Assembly (NCBI GenBank): GCA_963697445.1
Contig: CAVOOC010000035.1
Location: forward strand, 43,993-107,992
Origin: an uncultured Actinomycetes bacterium
Lineage (GTDB): Bacteria; Actinomycetota; Actinomycetes; Streptosporangiales; Streptosporangiaceae
Reading direction: 5' to 3'
DNA length: 64,000 nucleotides
The notes under the pieces were generated by a model. It had not been told where the DNA came from. It did not search any database and was given only the letters and a program-made list of their open reading frames with translations. Below, piece by piece: positions 57,403 to 64,000 of the stretch; position 1 is the stretch's first letter; every line of letters starts with the position of its first letter. The position numbers and the translations under genes are program-made.

Positions 57403-57454
57403 CCCGCCGGGGGCGCGGCCGGGCCGCCGCGTAGCCCGCCCGGGGCGCGGCCGG
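57391..57454. repeat. 32-bp tandem duplication spanning the stop codon of the aldo/keto reductase gene
   Basis: GCCGCCGCGTAGCCCGCCGGGGGCGCGGCCGG (57391-57422) is repeated as GCCGCCGCGTAGCCCGCCCGGGGCGCGGCCGG (57423-57454), identical at 31 of 32 positions. Confidence 0.9.
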
Positions 57455-57536
57455 GCCGCGGCGCCCCTGGGCTGGCGTGGCCCGATTGTTACCTGCGGCG
57501 GGGAACCGCCGGTCGGCCTGGTGCCGTCGCAACGGC

Positions 57537-58508
57537 ATGCGCCTTCCCATGCGTCATCCGGCCGGCACCGCCGCCGGGCTGATCATCACGGCTATTGTCC
57601 TGCTCGCGGGCTGCGGCGGAGCTCCAGCGGGAACCGCCTCCTCGCCGGCGGCGCGACCCGCGGGGGCGGGTAACGCGGTCCCGGCCGCGCCCCTTGCGGG
57701 ACCCGCCAGCGGCCAGCACGCCGCGGGCAGCGGCGCCAGCCGGTCGGGGAGCGCGGGCCAGCGGCAGGGCTCAGGCAACCCCCTCCGCCTGGCGCCGGCC
57801 GCGCAGGCCATCGTCTACACCGCGAGCATGACCGTCCGGGTGCGCGATGTCAGCCGGGCCGCCGCGCTCGCGACTCAGATCGCGGGGCAGGCCGGCGGGT
57901 ACGTGTCGCAGGAGAACGCGGCGCTGCGCTCGGGCCGCGCCGCCAGCACGGCGAGCATCCAGCTGAAGATCCCCGTCGCTGCGTACCCGGCCGCGCTGGC
58001 CGCGCTGGCCCGGCTGGGCGCCCAGACATCGCTCCGGCAGCAGGCGCAGGACGTCACCCAGCAGGTGGCCGACACCGCCAGCCGGGTGGTCTCGGACCAG
58101 GCCGCGATCACCCAGCTGCGGGCGCTGCTCTCCCGGGCCGGATCGGTCGGCGCCCTGCTCGCCGTGCAGGATCAGATCAACGCGCAGGAGTCTGACCTGG
58201 AGGCCATGCTCGCCCAGCAGCGGGCGCTCGATCGCCAGACCGTGTACGCCACCGTGTCGCTCCAGCTGGCAGGCCCGGTCCTGGCCAAGCACGCGCGCAA
58301 GCACCGGGCCAAGAGGGCTGGCGGCTTCGTCGGCGGGCTGACCGCCGGCTGGAAGGCGCTCGTCACCGCGGTCTCCTGGCTGGCCAGGGCGATCGGCGCC
58401 GCGCTGCCGATCGCCGCTGCCTGCGCCCTGGCCGGCTACCTGGGCTACCGCATCCTGCGCGGGCGGCGCTGGCTGCAGCGGCGCGGAGCCAAGCCGCGCG
58501 GCGCATAG
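57537..58508 (+). CDS. DUF4349-domain lipoprotein
   Basis: The signal and lipobox read ...LIITAIVLLAGC. The coiled-coil core reads VTQQVADTASRV..DQAAITQLRALLS...QDQINAQESDLEA. A C-terminal TM segment is present. Confidence 0.8.
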   Translation: MRLPMRHPAGTAAGLIITAIVLLAGCGGAPAGTASSPAARPAGAGNAVPAAPLAGPASGQHAAGSGASRSGSAGQRQGSGNPLRLAPAAQAIVYTASMTVRVRDVSRAAALATQIAGQAGGYVSQENAALRSGRAASTASIQLKIPVAAYPAALAALARLGAQTSLRQQAQDVTQQVADTASRVVSDQAAITQLRALLSRAGSVGALLAVQDQINAQESDLEAMLAQQRALDRQTVYATVSLQLAGPVLAKHARKHRAKRAGGFVGGLTAGWKALVTAVSWLARAIGAALPIAAACALAGYLGYRILRGRRWLQRRGAKPRGA

Positions 58509-58523
58509 CCGGGGCCGGGGTGA

Positions 58524-59576
58524 TCAGGAGTCGCCGGCGTCCCGGGCGGACGTGGTGTGGACGAAATCGGTGAGCCTGGCCAGCACGTCCGGATCGGTCT
58601 CGGGCAGCACGCCGTGGCCGAGGTTGAACACGTGGCCCTCGGCGGCCCGGCCGCGGCCGAGCGCGTCCCGGGTCCGTGCCTCGATGACGTCCCACGGGGC
58701 CAGCAGCACCGCGGGATCCAGGTTCCCCTGCAGCGCCTTGCCCGGCTCCACCCTGCGCACCGCCTCGTCCAGCGGCACCCGCCAGTCAACGCCGACCACG
58801 TCGGCGCCCGCCTCCCCCATCAGGCCGAGCAGCTCGCCCGTCCCCACCCCGAAGTGGATCCGCGGCACCCCGGTGACGGCCAGCGAGTCGAAGATCCGCT
58901 TGCTGTGCGGCAGCACGGCGCGCCGGTAGTCATCGGGGCTGACCGCGCCGACCCACGAGTCGAACAGCTGGACGGCGGCGGCGCCGGCGTCCACCTGGAT
59001 CCGCAGGAAGGCGAGGGTGATGTCGGTGAGCCGCCCCAGCAGCGTGTTCCACAGCTGCGGGTTGCCGTACATGAGCGCCTTGGTGCGTTCGTGCGTCTTC
59101 GACGGCCCGCCTTCGACCAGGTAGGACGCCAGGGTGAACGGGCCGCCGGCGAAGCCGATCAGCGGGCGGCCGCCCAGCTCGGCCACGAGCGCGCGGACCG
59201 CCTCGGTCACGAACGGGACGTCGTCCGGCTCGAGCGGCCGCAGCCGCTCCACGTCGGGAGCGTCGCGGATCGGGTGCTCCACCACCGGGCCGACACCCGG
59301 GGTGATCTCGAGGCTGACCCCGACCGCCCTGAGCGGGACGACGATGTCGCTGAACAGGATCGCCGCGTCCACCGCGTACCTGCGCAGCGGCTGCAGCGTG
59401 ATCTCGACGATCATGTCCGGCCGGGAGCAGGCCTCCAGCATTCCCGTGCCCGCCCGCACGGTGCGGTACTCGGGCAGCGAACGGCCGGCCTGCCGCATGT
59501 ACCAGACCGGCGTGTAGGGCACCGGCTTGCGCCTGCAGGCCAGCAGGAAGGGCGACTCGCCCGCGAGCGGCTTCAC
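58524..59576 (-). CDS. hemE: uroporphyrinogen decarboxylase
   Basis: [16 protein letters not shown] is the N-terminal signature, and FDSW and NLGHGVLP are present. The start codon is GTG. Confidence 0.95.
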   Translation of the reverse strand: MKPLAGESPFLLACRRKPVPYTPVWYMRQAGRSLPEYRTVRAGTGMLEACSRPDMIVEITLQPLRRYAVDAAILFSDIVVPLRAVGVSLEITPGVGPVVEHPIRDAPDVERLRPLEPDDVPFVTEAVRALVAELGGRPLIGFAGGPFTLASYLVEGGPSKTHERTKALMYGNPQLWNTLLGRLTDITLAFLRIQVDAGAAAVQLFDSWVGAVSPDDYRRAVLPHSKRIFDSLAVTGVPRIHFGVGTGELLGLMGEAGADVVGVDWRVPLDEAVRRVEPGKALQGNLDPAVLLAPWDVIEARTRDALGRGRAAEGHVFNLGHGVLPETDPDVLARLTDFVHTTSARDAGDS

Positions 59577-59610
59577 TCAGGGATCGTCTCACAACCCGCG
59601 GCGCGTCCCG

Positions 59611-59711
59611 TCACGGGAAGCGTCCGGGTGCCAGGGCAGCCCTCCGGGGGGCCAGGGCAGCCCTCCCGGTGCCAGGGCAGCCCTCCGGGTGTCAGGGCAA
59701 GCATCCGGCAG
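59611..59711. repeat. array of about 20-bp tandem repeats (3 near-perfect and 2 degenerate copies), each with the palindromic core AGGGCAGCCCT, in the hemE upstream region
   Basis: CCAGGGCAGCCCTCCGGGGGG (59631-51), CCAGGGCAGCCCTCCCGGTG (59652-71) and CCAGGGCAGCCCTCCGGGTG (59672-91) are flanked by TCACGGGAAGCGTCCGGGTG and TCAGGGCAAGCATCCGGCAG. Confidence 0.9.
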
Positions 59712-59847
59712 CACGTTCGTGACACACCGTGGCAGATCCAGCGTCCCGGCGGCGAAGCATGCCAAGATCGTGTTCAGCCCCGGACTGCGTGGTGACGCCT
59801 CCCCGGATACGCGCCGCGCGTGCTACCGGGTAAGGAGGTCACCGCAG

Positions 59848-60057
59848 ATGGGCCACACGACCCGCCACTGCCGCGAGTGCGGCGGTGATCAGCTGTTCGA
59901 CCAGCCGCACGAGGACCTGGAGTGCTGTCCGGACGTGCCGGACGGCGAATGCCCGGAGTGGGCGTGCACGGGGTGCGGTGCGGCGCTGTTCATCGGCCTC
60001 CACGATCTGATGGCCGGCACGGGCGGTATGCGCGGCTGGGCAGGCAGGGTGGCATGA
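59848..60057 (+). CDS. small Cys-rich hypothetical protein (zinc-ribbon-like)
   Basis: The ATG lies 9 nt after AAGGAGG. The protein reads MGHTTRHCRECGGDQLF...ECCPDVPDGECPEWACTGCGAALF, which includes two CxxC pairs. Confidence 0.65.
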   Translation: MGHTTRHCRECGGDQLFDQPHEDLECCPDVPDGECPEWACTGCGAALFIGLHDLMAGTGGMRGWAGRVA

Positions 60058-60103
60058 GACCGGGTGGCATGAGAAGAGAGCGACAGCGACGTACGCTCGG
60101 CTC

Positions 60104-60766
60104 ATGAGGTCAGCAAGCCAGGCGGGGCAGGGCGAGCCCACCGGCGATGCCGTCTTTGACGCCGCGGTGGCCGACCTGCACGCCGGGCGGGACGCGCAGC
60201 GGCCGCTCCGGCCGGAGGTCACCTTCGAGGATGTGCCCGCGCCGCGCAAGCTCGCGCCCCATGCGGCCGCCATCGCGGCCACCGTCCGGGCCGCCGGGAA
60301 CGAGGAGCAGCCGGACGTCGCGTGGGGCAGGCTCGTGCTGCTGTACGATCCCGACGGCCAGCCAGGCTGGGCCGGCCAGTTCCGCGTGATCGCCTACATC
60401 CGGGCCGACGTCGAGCCGGAGATCGCCGCCGACCCGCTGCTCGGCACGGTGGGCTGGAGCTGGCTCACTGAGGCGCTCGACGCGCGTGCCGTCGGGTACA
60501 TGGCACCGAGCGGCACCGTCACCCGGGTGATCACCGAGGGGTTCGGCGGCAAGCAGGACGAACCCCCCGCCACCGGCCTGGAACTGCGGGCGTCATGGTC
60601 GCCGGCGGGCCCGCTGGCCGCGGCTGCGGGCGGCCAGCCGCACGCGGTCACCCCGCCGGCGCTCGCCGGGCACGTCGCGGCCTGGTGCGACGCCTTGTGC
60701 GCCGCGGCTGGCCTGCCGCCCGCCGCAGCCGGAGTGAGCGCCCTGCCGAGGCCCAGGCGCCCGTGA
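60104..60766 (+). CDS. DUF3000-domain protein
   Basis: WGRLVLLYDPDGQPGWAGQFRVIAYIRADVEPE...GTVTRV fits the family. The position between hemE and rnd is the usual actinobacterial context for this family. Confidence 0.82.
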   Translation: MRSASQAGQGEPTGDAVFDAAVADLHAGRDAQRPLRPEVTFEDVPAPRKLAPHAAAIAATVRAAGNEEQPDVAWGRLVLLYDPDGQPGWAGQFRVIAYIRADVEPEIAADPLLGTVGWSWLTEALDARAVGYMAPSGTVTRVITEGFGGKQDEPPATGLELRASWSPAGPLAAAAGGQPHAVTPPALAGHVAAWCDALCAAAGLPPAAAGVSALPRPRRP

Positions 60767-62159
60767 CCGAGACCAGCCAGCCGCGGCCGGATGACGCCGT
60801 CCCGCCGACCGAGCCGCAGGACGACGCCGTCCCGCCGACCGAACCGCCAGGCGACGCCGTCCCGCCGACCGAACCGCCAGGCGACGCCGTCCCGCTGACC
60901 GAACCGCCAGGCGACGCCGTCCCGCTGACCGAGTCGCCAGATGACGTCGTCCCGCTGACCGAGCCGCGCGATGGCCTGCCCGAGGTCGTCACGACGGGCG
61001 AGGCGCTGGACCGGGCCACCGCCTCCCTGGCCCGGGGCAGCGGCCCGGTGGCCGTGGATGCCGAACGGGCCTCCGGGTTCCGCTACGGGCAGCGCGCCTT
61101 CCTGGTCCAGTTCCGCAGGGAAGGGGCGGGTACCGTGCTCATCGACCCGGTCGCCTGCCCGGACCTTTCCGAGCTCGACGCCGCGCTCGCGCCCGCCGAG
61201 GTCGTGCTGCACGCCGCCGGGCAGGATCTGCCCTGCCTGGCCGAGCTCGGCTACCGCCCCCGCGCCCTGTTCGACACCGAGCTGGCGGGCCGGCTGCTCG
61301 GCTTTCCGCGGGTGGGCCTGGCCGCGCTCGTGGAGGAGGTGCTCGGCCTGCGGCTGGCGAAGGGCCACGGAGCCGAGGACTGGTCCACCCGGCCGCTGCC
61401 CGCCGGGTGGCTCCGATACGCGGCGCTGGACGTCGAGGTTCTCGTCGAGCTCCGTGACGCCCTCGCCCAGCAGCTCGAGGAGCAGGGCAAGACGGAGTGG
61501 GCCCGGCAGGAATTCGCGGCCGTGCTCGCGGCGAAACCGCCGGGCCCGCGCACAGAATCCGTGGCGGCGCACCTCCGGCATTCACCGGGTCCGCACGCGC
61601 CGCGGCCTGGCCGTCGTCCGCGAGCTGTGGCAGGAGCGGGACACGATAGCCAGGGGCCGGGATTCTGTCACCCGGGCGGGTGCTGCCCGATTCCGCCATC
61701 GTCGAGGCCGCCCGCGTGCTTCCGGCGTCGGGGGACGAGCTGACCGCCATCCCCGGGTTCACCGGCCGGGGTGCCCGCAGGCACGTCCGCAACTGGATGG
61801 CCGCCGTCAACCGCGCCCGGGCCAAGCCGGAGACCGCGCTGCCGGCGCCCTCGGCGCCCTCGGCCGACGGGCCGCCGCCGACGCACCGGTGGACCGAACG
61901 TGATCCGGCCGCGGCGCGGCGGCTGACCGCGGTCAGGGCAGCCGTCGCGGCCCTGGGCGAATCCCGCAAACTCCCCTCGGAAAACCTGCTGCATCCGGAT
62001 GCGGTGCGCAGGCTGGCCTGGAAGCCGCCCGAGCCGCCGGCCCCGGACGCGATTGCCGAGCAGCTGGCCGGCTACGGGGCGCGGCCGTGGCAGGTCGAGC
62101 TCACGGCAGCCCCCATCGCCAGCGCGCTGCTCAGCCTCGAGGAAGAGGACGGCACCTGA
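60763..62159 (+). pseudogene. rnd: ribonuclease D (DEDD 3'-5' exonuclease + HRDC), two frameshifts as assembled
   Basis: The GTG overlaps the upstream stop (GTGA). The exonuclease core VAVDAERASGFRYGQRAFLVQ...HAAGQDLPCL...YAALDVEVL is in frame 1. NPWRRTSGIHRVRTRRGLAVVRELWQERD is in frame 2. LSPGRVLPDSAIVEAA... to the end is in frame 0. Confidence 0.88.
60790..60969. repeat. six in-frame 30-bp tandem repeats (decapeptide D-[DA]-V-P-[PL]-T-E-[PS]-[PQ]-[GD]) in the 5' part of rnd
   Basis: The units run 60790-819, 60820-849, 60850-879, 60880-909, 60910-939 and 60940-969. The central copies differ by 0-2 nt. Confidence 0.92.
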
Positions 62160-62203
62160 GGGAGGTCAGCCCTCTCTGCTCGTCCGGCGCGGGCCGGGAC
62201 TGG

Positions 62204-62548
62204 TTATCCCCGTCGGCGCAGGTCGCAGGGCTGGGTCGAGCCGGCTCGTGACACTCCCGCGCACGGCAGCAGGCGGCTGGTCTCCGGGTAGTCGGTAAAG
62301 ACATTGAAGATCACTTCACAGTCGCAGCAGCAGGGGCCGCGGCGCTGCAGCCGCTCGATCAGCGCGTGCGCCTGGGGAGCGCGGGCATCACGCCAGTGCA
62401 GCGTCCACCGGTGCGTGTTGTTGCAGCCGAACTCGTTCAGCATCCGGAGCAGGTAGCAGCGCAGGCACTCGCGCTGCCCCGGCTCGGTGAGCAGCCGGCC
62501 GAGCCGGACGAGCTCGGTCTCGACGGCTTCGGCAATGGAATAGGTCAC
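62204..62548 (-). CDS. Cys-rich hypothetical protein (possibly DUF2695-like)
   Basis: The GTG at 62548 is preceded by AGGAGG. CLRCYLLRMLNEFGCNN...GPCCCDCEV is present. The family assignment is from memory only. Confidence 0.55.
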   Translation of the reverse strand: MTYSIAEAVETELVRLGRLLTEPGQRECLRCYLLRMLNEFGCNNTHRWTLHWRDARAPQAHALIERLQRRGPCCCDCEVIFNVFTDYPETSRLLPCAGVSRAGSTQPCDLRRRG

Positions 62549-62695
62549 GGCGCCTCCTGTCCGCGGGAGCCCCACGACAGACATGTATCACCGCCGGCCG
62601 ACAGTCTTTCCCGGCCCGCTTCCCGGCCGCTTCCCGTCCGGCGGCGGCACGTGCGTCCCGGCCAGTTTGTCGTCCGGGCCGGCCAGAATGGCATC

Positions 62696-63271
62696 GTGAC
62701 CGTGCTGTGCTGGGCCGCCATCGAGACGCCCGTCGGGGACCTGTCCGTCGGGTGCAGCGACGCCGGAGTCGCCGAGGTCAGGTTCGGTCTGCCGCCCGCC
62801 CGGGACGCGCCCGATGCGTCCGGCATGCCGGGCGGCCTGCTGGCGGCCGCACGGGACCAGCTGGCGGAGTATTTCCGCGGGACGCGCAGCGTGTTCGAGC
62901 TGCCGCTGGACTGGGGCGGCGCCTCACGGGCGCAGCGCGACGTGCTGGGCCTGCTCGCCGAGACCGTCCGGTACGGCCAGACCGTCACCTACGGGTCGCT
63001 GGCGCGGCGGCTCGCCCTCCGCGACGGGCGGCCGGAGATCGGCGCCCGGGCGATCGGCTCGATCATGGGCTCCAACCCGATCCCGGTCATCGTGCCGTGC
63101 CACCGTGTCGTCGCCGCCGACGGACTCGGCGGCTACAGCGGCGGCAGCGGGCCCGAGGTCAAGCGCTGGCTGCTGACCTTCGAGGGCGCGCTGCCCGCCA
63201 TGCTGGACTTCGGCACGCCCACGGCTCCTCCCGCTGATCTCCGAAGCGGTGCCATCCGGCCGTCCAGGTAG
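62696..63271 (+). CDS. ogt: methylated-DNA--protein-cysteine methyltransferase
   Basis: The active site IVPCHRVV is present, and YGQTVTYGSLA... is the DNA-binding wing. The GTG start is tentative. Confidence 0.9.
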   Translation: MTVLCWAAIETPVGDLSVGCSDAGVAEVRFGLPPARDAPDASGMPGGLLAAARDQLAEYFRGTRSVFELPLDWGGASRAQRDVLGLLAETVRYGQTVTYGSLARRLALRDGRPEIGARAIGSIMGSNPIPVIVPCHRVVAADGLGGYSGGSGPEVKRWLLTFEGALPAMLDFGTPTAPPADLRSGAIRPSR

Positions 63272-63354
63272 TTGCCGCGCAGTCACTCCGTGGCCAAGGC
63301 CCGGGTTTCCGGCTCCCGGGCTGCCAGAGCCGGCAAGAACCTCGTTCACGCGGC

Positions 63355-64000
63355 CTAGCTGGTCACGGTGTGGTGCTCGACCGCGGACAAGGTGTCAGCC
63401 GCGATGTGCAGCACCCGGAACCCCGCCTTGGGCGGCGACCAGTCGTCGTCGGGCGGCGAGCCGCGCAGCTGCTCGCCGGCCTGCGCATAGAGCACCGGCA
63501 GGTTCTCCCGGTGGCCGCAGATGACCATCGGGGAAGGATCCGCGAGCAGCTCTGCCATCCGCCGCCGGGCCGCCTCGCCGCGGTCGCCGCGGTCGCCGTC
63601 GACGGGCCGCACGGTGAAGGCAGGCTCAGGCTCGATCGGCGCGCCGATCCGCTCCGCGTAGGGCCGCACGGTGCCCAGGCAGCGCTCGGCCGCCGAGCTG
63701 ATCACCCGCTTCACGCCGAAGCAGGCGAGCAGCCGCGCCAGGGTCACCGCGTCAGCTGCCCCGCGCTCGTCCAGGGGGCGCAGCAGGTCATCTCCGTGCC
63801 AGGAGCTCTTCCGCCCGGCCGAGGCGTGCCGGAGCAAGACGCAGGGCACGGTGTCGCCGCCGGCCGGGCCGCCGCCGGCGGCCGGGGCAACCAGGCGCCG
63901 CAGCAGGCTCACGTCGTGCGTATACGTGAGCCGCGAGGCAGCCGCGGGCACCGGCAGCCACTTCATGTTGTCCACCTCGTCGCCGGGGAGAAAGGCTGCT
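63355..64000 (-). CDS. histidine-phosphatase (SixA/PGAM-like) domain, probably the C-terminal half of a Nudix-histidine phosphatase fusion (MutT1-like); 5' end outside the window
   Basis: LLRHASAG...W.GDD..RPLDERG is the RHG motif. The frame stays open upstream of the first Met to the window edge (…FLPGDEVDNMKWLPV), which looks like the end of a Nudix domain. Confidence 0.75.
   Translation of the reverse strand, partial: AAFLPGDEVDNMKWLPVPAAASRLTYTHDVSLLRRLVAPAAGGGPAGGDTVPCVLLRHASAGRKSSWHGDDLLRPLDERGAADAVTLARLLACFGVKRVISSAAERCLGTVRPYAERIGAPIEPEPAFTVRPVDGDRGDRGEAARRRMAELLADPSPMVICGHRENLPVLYAQAGEQLRGSPPDDDWSPPKAGFRVLHIAADTLSAVEHHTVTS

Noticed and set aside
1-64000. Search for mobile elements, prophage remnants, tRNA/rRNA genes, toxin-antitoxin pairs or known defence systems.
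   Set aside because: I recognised no integrase, transposase, recombinase, terminal inverted repeats, tRNA-like cloverleaf candidates or defence-gene signatures. Composition is uniformly high-GC, with no island-like shift.

Overview
This is a 64-kb stretch of a very high-GC actinomycete-type chromosome. It carries about 60 protein-coding genes on both strands. I found no rRNA, tRNA, CRISPR array, transposase or integrase, so it reads as core or accessory chromosome rather than a mobile island. Recognisable content: two NarL/HisKA_3 two-component systems; a Liv-type branched-chain amino-acid ABC importer followed by a TetR gene, a YciI gene and an ECF-type sigma gene; xylB-xylA; coproporphyrin-pathway heme genes (hemE, hemY/cgoX, hemQ/chdC); valS, msrB, rnd and ogt; a LAL-family (AAA+/LuxR) regulator; a stand-alone LigD polymerase domain; and many oxidoreductases. 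Stand-out items: (1) A DyP peroxidase plus encapsulin nanocompartment operon, which is a known type of system. (2) A translationally coupled CYTH-CHAD / ParA-like ATPase / PIMT-like methyltransferase operon, for which a polyphosphate-granule role is speculative. (3) A secreted Gly-rich protein of about 930 aa that interleaves Pmp-like beta-helix repeats with collagen-like/PGRS-like tracts. (4) Several compact regulatory-looking repeats: a perfect 14-bp AT-rich palindrome ahead of the liv operon, an array of 20-bp repeats with an 11-bp palindromic core ahead of hemE, and a 17-bp tandem repeat ahead of an adh gene. (5) An unusually high density of single-nucleotide frameshifts in conserved genes, including essential valS. 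These are most parsimoniously assembly indels and need to be resolved before any biological reading. I do not see a convincing previously undescribed multi-gene system; item (2) is the best candidate and remains inference. The many long antisense ORFs in the six-frame track are high-GC artefacts.
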